A stretch of 30,866 nt of DNA from Francisellaceae bacterium (GCA_040383965.1 JBEICO010000001.1:1-30866); one strand, 5' to 3'; positions 1 to 10,483 are shown, counted from the first letter of the stretch. A program made the numbers and translations. The notes: generated by a model not told the origin, from the letters alone.

Positions 1-279
1 CCCTACTCTAGCAAACTCAATCAATGCTTTTTTATCAAATTCTTCTGCATGAAGATCATTTTCTTTAAATAAAGCATGATGACATAAAACCAAATCAAAA
101 TTTTGATCCCTAAAGGGCAAGTTCGGTAAGAGAGCAGCATTTATAAATTCTGCTCGAGGGAGATCGGTGTGGGAAAGATCTTCTGCATTTTTTCCTTTTG
201 ACGACACACAAACTAAGATATGGAGAGTACTTTCTTCCGGTTTTAGATTAAATATTTTTGCATAATCCATTTTGCTCAT
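1..279 (-). CDS. Class I SAM-methyltransferase-like protein, partial (runs off the left edge)
   Basis: Not in the ORF track; translated by hand: MSKMDYAKIFNLKPEESTLHILVCVSS...LPNLPFRDQNFDLVLCHHALF...KKALIEFARVG. GAGGGG RBS lies 5 nt before the ATG at 279. LPF..xFDLVLC and E..RV resemble Methyltransf_11-like motifs. Confidence 0.65.
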   Translation of the reverse strand, partial: MSKMDYAKIFNLKPEESTLHILVCVSSKGKNAEDLSHTDLPRAEFINAALLPNLPFRDQNFDLVLCHHALFKENDLHAEEFDKKALIEFARVG

Positions 280-361
280 TTTATCCCCTCATTAGGTTGT
301 ATAAAAAATGACCAACTCCTCAAATCCTTAGAATATCAAGGTGATACTCTTTTTCCAGCAG

Positions 362-398
362 GTTATCCACAATTCTATCCCAATTTTCAGTGGATAAC
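362..398. promoter_or_regulatory. Inverted pair of DnaA boxes
   Basis: TTATCCACA (perfect) at 363-371 on +; TTATCCACT (1 mismatch) at 389-397 on -. Together they form a 9-bp inverted repeat GTTATCCAC/GTGGATAAC. Confidence 0.55.
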
Positions 399-405
399 TC
401 TAAGA

Positions 406-879
<474 letters not shown>

Positions 880-899
880 CTACGCTAGAATATCGCAAC

Positions 900-2081
900 A
901 TGTCAAAAATCATATTTACAGTTTCGGAATTAAATATTGCCTCCCAACGGCTTTTAGAGGATCACTTTTCTGCGATCTGGGTAGAAGGTGAAATATCCAA
1001 CTTGGTAAAGCCTGCTTCCGGACACTTTTATTTCACCTTGAAAGATCCAAAAGCTCAAATTCGCTGTGCTCTGTTTCGAACCCAATCAAAATCTTTTGAA
1101 GGTGAGCTTCGTAACGGCCTATTGGTTCAAGTTCAAGCAAAAGTGAGTATTTACGCCGATAGAGGAGATTACCAGTTAATTGTTGAACGCTTAGAGTTGG
1201 CTGGAGATGGCCTTCTTAAAATTGCCTTTGATGCCCTTGTTTTGAAACTCACCAAAGAAGGTCTTTTTGACGAAAGATGGAAAAAACCGATCCCCCTACT
1301 CCCCACCAAAATCGGCGTTATTACTTCTCCAACGGGAGCAGCCATACGAGATATTTTGAGTGTTCTAAAGCGACGCTTCCCGAGCATCCCAATTATTATC
1401 TACCCAACCCTAGTTCAAGGATCTGAAGCAATGGCAGGTATAGTGAAAGCACTAGAACTTGCAAATACCTTAAATCAGGTTGACGTTCTTATCTTAGCAA
1501 GAGGCGGCGGTAGCTTAGAAGATCTCTGGCCCTTTAATGAAGAAAGTGTTGCGAGAGCCATTTATAAAAGCACGATCCCTATCGTAACAGGGATTGGCCA
1601 TGAAATAGATTTTACCATTGCTGACTTTGTTGCAGATCGTCGTGCTGCAACCCCCTCGGCTGCTGCGGAATTAGTCACCCCCAATCAAAATACGGTTATC
1701 CAACAATTATCTTCATTTGAAGCCCGTCTCATCAAAGAAATAACTACTTATTTACAGCGCCAAGCCCAGCGTTTAGATTGGTTACTAAAGCAGCTAAAAG
1801 ATCCGGGCCAGCAAATTAAAATGCAACTCGAAAAAATAGAAAAAATAGAAGAGAGGCTAAAATCTTCTATTCTCCAAATTTTAAAAGAGAAAAAGCTAAT
1901 CCTTCAAAATGCAATGCGTGCTTTAGAAACAGTAAGCCCTTTAGCAACACTGAAAAGAGGGTATTCTATTGTTTCTTTGCAAGAGACAGGCGTGGTAATA
2001 CGTTCTATTGCAGAAGTAAAGGCGGGAGATAATTTGGAAATTAGGCTTCAAGATGGGATCTTCAATGCTAGAAAAATCTAG
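900..2081 (+). CDS. xseA: Exodeoxyribonuclease VII large subunit
   Basis: WVEGEISN, SGHFYFTLKD, RGGGSLEDLWPFNEE, GIGHEIDFTIADFVADRRAATPSAAAE, SPLATLKRGYS. Confidence 0.97.
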   Translation: MSKIIFTVSELNIASQRLLEDHFSAIWVEGEISNLVKPASGHFYFTLKDPKAQIRCALFRTQSKSFEGELRNGLLVQVQAKVSIYADRGDYQLIVERLELAGDGLLKIAFDALVLKLTKEGLFDERWKKPIPLLPTKIGVITSPTGAAIRDILSVLKRRFPSIPIIIYPTLVQGSEAMAGIVKALELANTLNQVDVLILARGGGSLEDLWPFNEESVARAIYKSTIPIVTGIGHEIDFTIADFVADRRAATPSAAAELVTPNQNTVIQQLSSFEARLIKEITTYLQRQAQRLDWLLKQLKDPGQQIKMQLEKIEKIEERLKSSILQILKEKKLILQNAMRALETVSPLATLKRGYSIVSLQETGVVIRSIAEVKAGDNLEIRLQDGIFNARKI

Positions 2082-2099
2082 CTTTAACTATTAAAGATG

Positions 2100-2125
2100 G
2101 ATTGCTTCGCTACGCTCGCAAAGAT
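2100..2125 (+). repeat. REP-like short repeat GATTGCTTCGCTACG..., copy 1
   Basis: 15-bp exact match to 4621-4635. Confidence 0.6.
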
Positions 2126-2138
2126 AAAACCCCTAATA

Positions 2139-2198
2139 CCCTCTCCCGTTGGGAGAGGGCACCCCGCCGAAGCTTTAGCAAAGGCGGGCGGGTGAGAG
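2139..2198 (-). repeat. BoxC-like palindromic repeat, copy 1 (probable terminator between convergent xseA and porin)
   Basis: CCCTCTCCC-gtt-GGGAGAGGG hairpin, inner CCCGCC/GGCGGG hairpin and CGGGTGAGAG; homologous to 11416-11460 and 25911-25954. Confidence 0.75.
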
Positions 2199-3638
2199 TT
2201 ATTTAAACCGTATTTGACAACGCAACCCGATAATATCCAAGCTACGCTTTGATAAATCGGCTGCTGGATGGATAGACGCCCGGATATAATTCGCAGACAA
2301 TCTAACTTGTTGGTTTAAGAACCAGTTAACGCCTACGGTCACATCATGCTCTGTACCCCCCCGAACATCTTTGTCGTTCAGGTTGATAAAGTCATATCGA
2401 GCAGCTACTTCAACTGCACCATAAGAATGTTCTGGCTTTACGGAACCAAAAGCACCATCTCGAACATCATAGGCATGTGTCTCACCTGTTATCAGGTACC
2501 GAGATTGAACATTCCACCCGTCAAACCGAACCGAACCCCGATTGCCCCCAATACGATGGACAAAAGCACTGGTATATTCAGTTTGTACCATGAATGGTCC
2601 ATACTGTCTTGCTGCTTCCACATTAAATAAGCGGATATTATTAGCACGAATGCCACCTGTATTCACTAATGTACTGGTGGTGCGAGTTCTTGCAGAAGGG
2701 TAAGCTCCAAAAGAAGTAGCCCCGTTGTCTGTACTGGTAACAGGCACCCCATTATAGGTACTGATCAATTCTTTCCAAGCACCAGACATCCCAAAATGCC
2801 ACACATCACCTTCTTCATGAACCGGAGCTACCGTTCCACGAACAACACCTGTCCAACGATCTCTTGCTCCATAAGGCGATGTCGTATCATTACTCATTGC
2901 TGCTGTACCAGCAGCACGACTTGAATTGGCTTGCGCCAAAGAATTAACACCAGGTCCTGGCTGCATGGAGATTAAAGTAACGGCTCCATTCTCCCACCAG
3001 AAGTCGGTCAAAACACCTAAACCATCACCTGGATAAAAAGCTAAGGACGGTAAGCTTCTTTCTAAGAATGGATTCCAGCTTGTGCTATTGGAATTATCTA
3101 AACCAAACCAATTGCCGGAATTATACCCAACAAAAACCTGGTTGTTTTCCAATAATCCTGAATATGAAAGATAGGTATCGGAAAAAGCGAATCTTCCACC
3201 ACCAAACTGTAGTTGTAAAGAATATGTCCATTTATCGCCCACACCGCCATCAAAGTAAACATCGGCTGCGCGAAGGTTGGCACCATTAGGTAGCTGATTA
3301 CCCGCTTTATCTCTATAACTTCCCATATATAGAGTTTCATCTAAACGAATTACACCACTCACTTTAAACCAATAATTATCATCGTGAGGATTAATAAAAG
3401 AAACACCGCCGGTGGAGCTTACTTTCCATCCTTTGGCTAAATGTACACCATAATCACCTTGTTCTGCCTTGCTCCCTTTTTGATAAGCATAAGCACTAGA
3501 ACTATCGTTTTGTTTATTTGCTTTCTTACTATCATAAATAACCTTATCAGCCAAGGCACTACCACTAAAGGCAACTCCACATAACGCCACGCTGCTTACA
3601 ACTGTTTTAGCAATTTTAGAATACATCTTCCGCTCCAT
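2199..3638 (-). CDS. OprO/OprP-family (phosphate-selective-type) outer membrane porin
   Basis: Signal peptide (..SGSALA), AGGAGG RBS, GWNVQSRYLITGE, GAVEVAARYDFINLND, VTVGVNWFLNQQVRLSANY, C-terminal aromatic residue. Substrate is not established. Confidence 0.85.
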   Translation of the reverse strand: MERKMYSKIAKTVVSSVALCGVAFSGSALADKVIYDSKKANKQNDSSSAYAYQKGSKAEQGDYGVHLAKGWKVSSTGGVSFINPHDDNYWFKVSGVIRLDETLYMGSYRDKAGNQLPNGANLRAADVYFDGGVGDKWTYSLQLQFGGGRFAFSDTYLSYSGLLENNQVFVGYNSGNWFGLDNSNSTSWNPFLERSLPSLAFYPGDGLGVLTDFWWENGAVTLISMQPGPGVNSLAQANSSRAAGTAAMSNDTTSPYGARDRWTGVVRGTVAPVHEEGDVWHFGMSGAWKELISTYNGVPVTSTDNGATSFGAYPSARTRTTSTLVNTGGIRANNIRLFNVEAARQYGPFMVQTEYTSAFVHRIGGNRGSVRFDGWNVQSRYLITGETHAYDVRDGAFGSVKPEHSYGAVEVAARYDFINLNDKDVRGGTEHDVTVGVNWFLNQQVRLSANYIRASIHPAADLSKRSLDIIGLRCQIRFK

Positions 3639-3779
3639 TAATCCCGCCTCCTAACGTTGGCACTTATGAATACTGCATAAACACAACACTAACATAACAT
3701 TGGTGTATATACTAGTACTATCATCGCTGAAACTAAACAATTGTCAAGCACTTTGAGATGTAGTGAGAAAACTAAAGCC

Positions 3780-4535
3780 TTATTTACAATCTGATTTAGA
3801 AATAGCCATTACCATAGCACTTCCAGTCAACTGTTTCTTAACCTTGGGTTTACCACAATATTTAATAAGAGCATCTTCTGAAGCACCTACTTCCAAAGTA
3901 TCTGCCACATTTGTTTTTGCAATCGCTGAACCACTCATCTGAACAATTCCATTCTTTCCAGATAATTTTGCACCGTTAAATTCCCCTGCTCCGTTTATTG
4001 TGAGTTCTTGCTGGAGCGCAATTCCCGTTGCCACTACCTTTCCGCCCCCACCTATTTTGGTATTCAACTTTTGAGTATTTATTTTGATATAAGCCTCACC
4101 AAATCCATCAACTGATAAATCCAGAAAATCTGTTTTAAGCAGATCTTTGATATAAACCGTCCCAGGACTATTAGTAACCAACTTGTTTAACTGCTTAATA
4201 TTCAAATTATATTTAATCTTGGCTTTAGTATATTTTGAAGCTTGTTTAAAATCCAAATAAAGTGTTTTATCACTAACTTTAATGCTTAATAAAGGGATAA
4301 CTGCTTCATCAGCTTCAACTGTAACCCCCTCTTCATTTGTTTGCTTGATATATAAATCTCCTAGGCCTGTTAGGACGACAGCCGTAAAAGGCTTCAATTT
4401 TTTTTGGGGCTCTGGAGCCGCTTTTTTGGAAACTATTTTTTCAGAGCCCGCGGGCTCCTTAGGCTTTGCCTCATCCTCGGCAATTACTTGAGTTGATAAC
4501 AAAATTCCAAAAAGCAAAACAATTATTCCTTTCAT
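3780..4535 (-). CDS. Secreted GIN-domain (DUF2807, autotransporter-adhesin-head-like) protein
   Basis: Signal peptide; FTAVVLTGLGDLYIKQ..VTVEAD..I.V.D.TLYL followed by repeated Gly-containing beta-solenoid motifs. Confidence 0.8.
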   Translation of the reverse strand: MKGIIVLLFGILLSTQVIAEDEAKPKEPAGSEKIVSKKAAPEPQKKLKPFTAVVLTGLGDLYIKQTNEEGVTVEADEAVIPLLSIKVSDKTLYLDFKQASKYTKAKIKYNLNIKQLNKLVTNSPGTVYIKDLLKTDFLDLSVDGFGEAYIKINTQKLNTKIGGGGKVVATGIALQQELTINGAGEFNGAKLSGKNGIVQMSGSAIAKTNVADTLEVGASEDALIKYCGKPKVKKQLTGSAMVMAISKSDCK

Positions 4536-4620
4536 GTTTCCTACTCGTTACGTAAAGATACCTTCACTATATCATATTATTTAAAACAATGACTCCTAAA
4601 ACAAACTAACTAACCTCTTA

Positions 4621-4645
4621 GATTGCTTCGCTACGTTTCTATGAC
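4621..4645 (+). repeat. REP-like short repeat, copy 2 (degenerate)
   Basis: GATTGCTTCGCTACG identical to 2100-2114, then diverges (TTTCTATGAC). Confidence 0.55.
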
Positions 4646-4654
4646 GCAGGCTCA

Positions 4655-5695
4655 CTATTGCTCTAATTTTAAGCGCTCAAAATACTTTTCATATAAAAGA
4701 GCAGCCTCTCCAACATCATTTAAAACTTGACTACGCTCCATCGTGCGCGCATCGGGGTACAGGATTTCATCTTGACGTACCGCTTCGGGTAATAAATTTA
4801 ATGCAGCCTGGTTAACAGTAGAAAAACCTGTATCTAAACTGATTTGTTTCGCAATTTCTGGACGCAATACAAATTCTATAAAACGATGGGCATACTCAAC
4901 ATGCTTGGCGCCTTTCGGAATTGCCATACAATCAAGAGAAATTAAAAATCCATCTTTAGGGTAGATAAACTGTAAGTTAGGATTTTCTTGCCGCGCCAAA
5001 TAAATATCACCATTCCAACCCATTCCCAAGGTTATATCTTCATCCAAATAGATAGACCGCGTAGCATCTAAATTAAATAATTTAATATTTCGCATTAATA
5101 ACTTTAATTGTTGAAAGGCTTCATTAATGGCTTTGGGATCCGTTTCATTGACTGAATACCCTAATGCCAAAAGAGCAATAGAGAAGATTTCGCGAGTATC
5201 ATCCAACACTAGCAATTGATCTTGATACCTAGCAGACCATAAATCAACCCAAGAGTTCACATTGCGAACATCATGGAAACGAGCATTCACTGCAATGCCC
5301 GTTGAATTCCATAAATAAGGAATACTATATTCATTTTTAAGATCATGTACTTGATTTAAAAAAACAGGATTAATATTGTTTAACAATGTAAGCTTTGACT
5401 TATCAATCTTTTGCAACAAACCTTGTTTAACCATGCGACTAATAAAATATGATGAAGGTATCACAATGTCATATCCTGCATCGGGATTTGCTTTTAATTT
5501 CGCATAAAGCACTTCATTATTAACATAAGTAGAATGGTTAACCCGGATCCCGGTTTCTTTTTCAAACTCGCGAATAACCGCCTCCGAAACATAACCTGCC
5601 CATGTGTAAATATTCAGAGTTTTTTCCTCAGCAAAAACACTTGTTGAAAGCACTAAAGTAATCAGTCCCCACAAAAAAACATTACCCATTTTCAT
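4655..5695 (-). CDS. potD: Spermidine/putrescine ABC transporter substrate-binding protein
   Basis: LNIYTWAGY, NEVLYAKL, YDIVIPSSY, YSIPYLWNSTGI, GWNGD. Start moved to 5695, which forms an ATGA overlap with the potC stop. Confidence 0.93.
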   Translation of the reverse strand: MKMGNVFLWGLITLVLSTSVFAEEKTLNIYTWAGYVSEAVIREFEKETGIRVNHSTYVNNEVLYAKLKANPDAGYDIVIPSSYFISRMVKQGLLQKIDKSKLTLLNNINPVFLNQVHDLKNEYSIPYLWNSTGIAVNARFHDVRNVNSWVDLWSARYQDQLLVLDDTREIFSIALLALGYSVNETDPKAINEAFQQLKLLMRNIKLFNLDATRSIYLDEDITLGMGWNGDIYLARQENPNLQFIYPKDGFLISLDCMAIPKGAKHVEYAHRFIEFVLRPEIAKQISLDTGFSTVNQAALNLLPEAVRQDEILYPDARTMERSQVLNDVGEAALLYEKYFERLKLEQ

Positions 5696-6462
5696 TTTTT
5701 CTTGTTCCAAATGGTACATTGATATATCAATACAATGGCTAACGTTAATACAAACATCACAGAACACAAAGCATTAACCTCTGGTTTTACCCCTACCCGC
5801 ACCATAGAAAAGATCTTTAACGGTAAAATATCAAATTCAGGTCCAGTCACAAAGAAACTAATGATTACATCGTCCATGGATAAGGTAAAGCTAATTAACC
5901 AACCTGCAATAATCGCTGGAGACAATAGAGGTAACAAAATTCTCCTAAAAATAACGCTCTCTGTTGCACCCAAATCCTTAGCCGCCTCAAAAAGATTTTT
6001 ATCCTGACCAACCAAGCGGGAATAAACCGTTACGGTGACAAAAGGAATGCAAAATGTGATGTGAGATAACAATAGTGTCCAAAATCCAAGAGACATTTTT
6101 AAGGTTGAAAACAAAATTAAGAGCGAGATCCCAATCACAATATCCGGAGAAATGATTAAGATAAAGATTAATCCATGCAGCAACTTTTTTCCAAAAAATT
6201 GATACCGATATAAGCAAACTGCTGCTAAAGTTCCTATTGTAGTCGCACCAGTAGCAGATAAAATTCCTATTAATAGTGAGTGCAATGCAACTATCTGCAA
6301 ATCGGAATTTTCTAATAAACTTTGATACCAGCGAAAAGTAAAACCGTGCCACACAAGAGAGTAAGGAGAATCATTAAAAGAGTAAGCAATCAGTACCAAA
6401 ATTGGCGTATACAAAAACAAATAAACTGCAGCAAGATAAGAAAACTTAACTATACGATTCAT
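5692..6462 (-). CDS. potC: Spermidine/putrescine ABC transporter permease
   Basis: FLYTPILVLIAYSFN, EAAKDLGA (EAA motif), SFTLSMDDVIISFF, PEVNAL. Confidence 0.95.
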   Translation of the reverse strand: MNRIVKFSYLAAVYLFLYTPILVLIAYSFNDSPYSLVWHGFTFRWYQSLLENSDLQIVALHSLLIGILSATGATTIGTLAAVCLYRYQFFGKKLLHGLIFILIISPDIVIGISLLILFSTLKMSLGFWTLLLSHITFCIPFVTVTVYSRLVGQDKNLFEAAKDLGATESVIFRRILLPLLSPAIIAGWLISFTLSMDDVIISFFVTGPEFDILPLKIFSMVRVGVKPEVNALCSVMFVLTLAIVLIYQCTIWNKKK

Positions 6463-7309
6463 AGCTCAACTCATCTTTTTTCTCGACATGACGGGAATAG
6501 AGATACAATAGAATACCCATTAATACCGTTAGAGCAACACTAATGGTAGCGCCCATTGGCCAGTCACGCGCTGCTAAAAACTGATTCTGAATGATATTCC
6601 CTAACAAAATGGTTTTTGCCCCCCCTAACAGATCAGGAATGTAAAACAAAGTCATTGCGGGTAAAAAAACCAGAATACAACCCGCTAATATTCCAGGTAG
6701 AGTTAAGGGCAATAAAATTTTAAAAAATACTTGGATTTTAGTCGCCCCAAGATCCCTTGCTGCATCGATCAAACGAACATCCAACTTTTCAATATTGGTA
6801 TATAGCGGTAATATCATGAGAGGCAACAGCGTATAAATCAAACCTATTAGAGTTGCCGTATTGGTATACATGAGTTGTAAGGGTTCCCGGATAAACCCTA
6901 ACCCTAATAACAAAGAATTCAAAATGCCATGTGTCTTTAATATGGCCACAATGGCATAACTCCGTATCAAAGAACTTGTCCAAAAAGGAATAATCACGAG
7001 GAGTAACAAAAAACCTTTTAAGCGTTCTGGCATACGGGCCACAATGGAACTAAAAGGATAGGCTAGAATTAAACATCCAATGGTACAAGCGCTTGCCAGA
7101 ATAAAAGAACGTAAAAAAGCTCTTAAATAATTTTCATTGAATAAATTTAAATAATGATCAAAAGTCAATTGGAGTCGTACCAACTCATTGTCACCTTGAA
7201 CCAATAAACTTGTGGCAAAAAGTAAAAAAATTGGGATCAATGCAAAACAGGTCAGCCAAAACCAAACAATTCCAGTTGAAAATTTTCGGAACAAATTATC
7301 CTGCTTCAT
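6446..7309 (-). CDS. potB: Spermidine/putrescine ABC transporter permease
   Basis: IIPFWTSSLIRSYA, DAARDLGA, DLLGGAK, QFLAARDWPMG. ATG at 7309 overlaps the potA 3' end. Confidence 0.94.
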   Translation of the reverse strand: MKQDNLFRKFSTGIVWFWLTCFALIPIFLLFATSLLVQGDNELVRLQLTFDHYLNLFNENYLRAFLRSFILASACTIGCLILAYPFSSIVARMPERLKGFLLLLVIIPFWTSSLIRSYAIVAILKTHGILNSLLLGLGFIREPLQLMYTNTATLIGLIYTLLPLMILPLYTNIEKLDVRLIDAARDLGATKIQVFFKILLPLTLPGILAGCILVFLPAMTLFYIPDLLGGAKTILLGNIIQNQFLAARDWPMGATISVALTVLMGILLYLYSRHVEKKDELSYESYS

Positions 7310-8393
7310 CCGATAAAACAACCTCCCAACCCAATCTCCAATAAACCCAGACGGATTCCCCTGGTCGAAAATCTAATTTTTCATCATCTTCATTAAAAAA
7401 TTGAGTGGCTAAAATCTGGGTTCCGCTTCGAAGTTTTAAGATCAAATCAACGGTAGAACCTTTATAAATTACTTGAACAACTGTGGCCGAATACATATTG
7501 CTCGGATCTTCTACTTCATTGGTTCCCCACACTTCCAGATCTTCTGGTCTAAGTAAGGTATATACTGTCTGTTCTTTCGTAAATCCCTTATGGTTCTTCA
7601 AAACGAATTGTTTTCCCTCAATTTCAACTTCTAGCTGCTCTCTATCCGCATTTAAAACCTTAGTATTAAAGATATTAACTTCACCTACAAATTGAGCAAC
7701 ATGTAAACTTTGTGGTTCCTCGTAAACTTCTCGGGGGGTGCCAATTTGTTCAATTAATCCATGGTTCATGATAACCACCCGATCTGCTGTTGAAAGCGCT
7801 TCTTCTTGATCATGTGTCACCAGAATAAAGGTAATTCCTAGTTGAGCTTGCAATTGTTTTAATTCCATTTGCATGGCCTTTCGGAGTCGGTAGTCCAACG
7901 AACTTAATGGCTCATCTAATAATAAAACCAAAGGTTGATTGACCACTGCACGAGCTATAGCAATGCGTTGTTGCTGACCACCACTTAATTGTTGAGGTTT
8001 ACGAGTCGCAAAATTGTCGAGCTTTACCATCCGTAGTGCTTCATAAACCCGATGCTCAATTTCAGGTTTAGGCAAATGTTTACACCTGAGCCCAAAGGCT
8101 ACGTTATCAAAAGCGTTCATATGGGGAAACAAAGCATAGCTCTGAAAGACAGTATTAACATGACGCAAATGAGGAGGTAAACCAGAAACATCGTTGCCAT
8201 TCATGAGAATGGATCCACTACTCGGCGTTTCGAAACCAGATATAAGCCTTAACAATGTTGTTTTACCACAACCTGAAGGTCCTAGTATCGTTAAGAACTC
8301 CCGATTCTTCACCTCAAGATGTACATCCTGCAATACTGGATGATCATGGTAAAATTTTGAGACACCCTTCAATTCGATAATATTATTTTTCAT
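7296..8393 (-). CDS. potA: Spermidine/putrescine ABC transporter ATP-binding protein
   Basis: Walker A GPSGCGKT, VFQSYALFPHM, LSGGQQQR, LLLDEP, VTHDQEEAL. Confidence 0.96.
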   Translation of the reverse strand: MKNNIIELKGVSKFYHDHPVLQDVHLEVKNREFLTILGPSGCGKTTLLRLISGFETPSSGSILMNGNDVSGLPPHLRHVNTVFQSYALFPHMNAFDNVAFGLRCKHLPKPEIEHRVYEALRMVKLDNFATRKPQQLSGGQQQRIAIARAVVNQPLVLLLDEPLSSLDYRLRKAMQMELKQLQAQLGITFILVTHDQEEALSTADRVVIMNHGLIEQIGTPREVYEEPQSLHVAQFVGEVNIFNTKVLNADREQLEVEIEGKQFVLKNHKGFTKEQTVYTLLRPEDLEVWGTNEVEDPSNMYSATVVQVIYKGSTVDLILKLRSGTQILATQFFNEDDEKLDFRPGESVWVYWRLGWEVVLSDEAG

Positions 8394-8408
8394 GCCCGCT
8401 GCAACCTC

Positions 8409-10298
8409 TTAAGTTGGCGGCTTGGACATTCGTACTTTAGCCTGTCTTAATACTTGATCCACGTAAAGGGCATATTCCACCTGGCTTGAATAATTTGTCA
8501 AACCTTCACGATAAGACTTCTGAACCTCAAGATCGAGTTTGGACCATTCGCCTGGTACTACTTTATTAAGAGACACTACCAAATAATCCCCACTCTTCAA
8601 AACAAATCCTTGAATTGCAGGGAAGGATACCTTATCCCCTTTAGGAGATATTTGATAAGCAGCGGAAACTACTTCAGGAGGCACTTCACGGGAAGATCGC
8701 AACAAGTTTGTTTTGACTGTCCAATTTAATTGCTCTTTTTTACTAAGTGCAAGCGGTGCTTGGCCGTTCCTCAAGTCTTGAATAAGCTTTTCCCCCAATT
8801 CTTTAGACGCTTGCTGCGCTCTTTCTGCAGATATAAGTGTTTGGATCTGGGGTGTGGCTTCTGTTTCAGTTTCTTGTACCGTGGGTTGATGTTTTAGTAA
8901 ATGAAAAATCGCCACCGCGTTATCCATTAATCTCACAGGCTCACTATTTCGTCCCTTTAATGTATCTTCATCAAAGGCAACTTTCATTACTTCTGAGTTA
9001 CCAGCAATCCCAGTTCCACCGTCTCGGGTTATGACAGGAGTCTCTTGTATTTTTAAACCAAATTGTTCAGCGATCTGCGCAAGTGTTGTCCCCTGTTCAA
9101 AAGCGAGCTTTGCCATTAACTCTCCTTTCTCAGCAAATAAAATCTGGGCTTTTTCAAGTTTGATCTGTTCCTCGACCATACTTTTCACTTGCTCAAATGC
9201 CCTAACTTCGCTTTCTTTCTTTCCAACCAATTGGATTAAATGATATCCATATGGCGTTCGAATAAACTCACTTATATCATTTGGTTTTTTAAGCGCAAAG
9301 ACGGCTTTTTCAAATTCCGGAACCATTTGACCTCGAGTAAACCAACCCAAATCCCCTCCCTTTTCAGCTGAACCTGGATCTTGGGATTCTTTTTTGGCAA
9401 GCTCTGCAAAATCAGCACCTTCTTTTATCTGTTTAGACAATGACTGAATTTTTTCTTTGGCCTTTTCATCAAGCGCCTTATCACCCTCAGGTGCAGTTAT
9501 TAAAATGTGTCTGGCATGGACTCTTTCCGGCATTGCATAGGAAGATTTGTGCTCTTGATAATACGCTAAACTTTCTTCCGCTGAAGGATGGATTTGTTCT
9601 ACTATTGAAGCTAAAGAGAGTTCTACATATTCTAAAATAACTTGCTCAGGTTTAATAAATTTTGCTTTGTTTTTATCATAATAGGTTTGTACTTCTGATG
9701 CAGAAACCTTGATGCTTTTTTGAAATTTAGCTTTTGGTATTACCATGTAGCCAAAGTTTCTTTTTTGTTCAAGTATGGCTACAATTTCTTGCAATTCACT
9801 CTCTAATAGGTAATTTGAGCCAGACATACCCCGCTCAAGCTGTCCTAATAAAATATCTTGAGACAACTGGTGTCTAAACTCAGCATCGGTATAGGAGACT
9901 TGTTTTAGAAGATCTAAATAATGTTGTTTCGAAAACTTTCCATCCACTTGAAAGGCGGGAATTTGAGTTAATAAAGTAGCAACTTGCTGCTCTCCCACTT
10001 TAAACCCTAGCTGACGAGAGTCTTTAAGCAAAGCTACTCTTTTTATCACGGTAGACAAACTTTGCTGTATCAATTCACCACGATCAATTTCGCCTGTATG
10101 TTGCTGAGATAGTCTTTCAGCATAATTTTCAACGGCGCGCCAAGAGATTTTTTCGCCATCTACTTCAGCAGCAACGGAATTGTTCATTCCAGCTGAAAAA
10201 TAATCCGATAACCCAAATAAAGCAAATGCCGCAGCAATCATTAATACGATAACCCAAGCAATTAGGCCTTCTGCTCTTACACGTACCTTTTGTAACAT
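8409..10298 (-). CDS. ppiD: Membrane-anchored periplasmic chaperone/PPIase D
   Basis: N-terminal TM segment, SurA-like N domain, parvulin motifs (ARHILI, SQDPGSAEKGGDLGW..GQMVPEFE); canonical position after hupB. Confidence 0.92.
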   Translation of the reverse strand: MLQKVRVRAEGLIAWVIVLMIAAAFALFGLSDYFSAGMNNSVAAEVDGEKISWRAVENYAERLSQQHTGEIDRGELIQQSLSTVIKRVALLKDSRQLGFKVGEQQVATLLTQIPAFQVDGKFSKQHYLDLLKQVSYTDAEFRHQLSQDILLGQLERGMSGSNYLLESELQEIVAILEQKRNFGYMVIPKAKFQKSIKVSASEVQTYYDKNKAKFIKPEQVILEYVELSLASIVEQIHPSAEESLAYYQEHKSSYAMPERVHARHILITAPEGDKALDEKAKEKIQSLSKQIKEGADFAELAKKESQDPGSAEKGGDLGWFTRGQMVPEFEKAVFALKKPNDISEFIRTPYGYHLIQLVGKKESEVRAFEQVKSMVEEQIKLEKAQILFAEKGELMAKLAFEQGTTLAQIAEQFGLKIQETPVITRDGGTGIAGNSEVMKVAFDEDTLKGRNSEPVRLMDNAVAIFHLLKHQPTVQETETEATPQIQTLISAERAQQASKELGEKLIQDLRNGQAPLALSKKEQLNWTVKTNLLRSSREVPPEVVSAAYQISPKGDKVSFPAIQGFVLKSGDYLVVSLNKVVPGEWSKLDLEVQKSYREGLTNYSSQVEYALYVDQVLRQAKVRMSKPPT

Positions 10299-10317
10299 AG
10301 ATATTCCATTCTATAGT

Positions 10318-10394
10318 TGGCGGAGCGGACGGGACTCGAACCCGCGACCCTCGGCGTGACAGGCCGATATTCTAACCAACTGAACTACCGCTCC
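10318..10394 (-). tRNA. tRNA-Asp(GTC)
   Basis: 77-nt cloverleaf GGAGCGG...CCGCTCCGCCA, anticodon GTC, encoded CCA. Confidence 0.98.
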
Positions 10395-10407
10395 AGTGCT
10401 TTTACCT

Positions 10408-10483
10408 TGGTGGGTGTTGAGGGGCTCGAACCCCCGACATTCGCCTTGTAAGGGCGACGCTCTACCAACTGAGCTAAACACCC
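10408..10483 (-). tRNA. tRNA-Val(TAC)
   Basis: 76-nt cloverleaf GGGTGTT...AACACCCACCA, anticodon TAC. Confidence 0.98.

Noticed and set aside
362-398. Replication origin
   Set aside because: Only two good DnaA boxes, no clear unwinding element, and no dnaA or gidA context.
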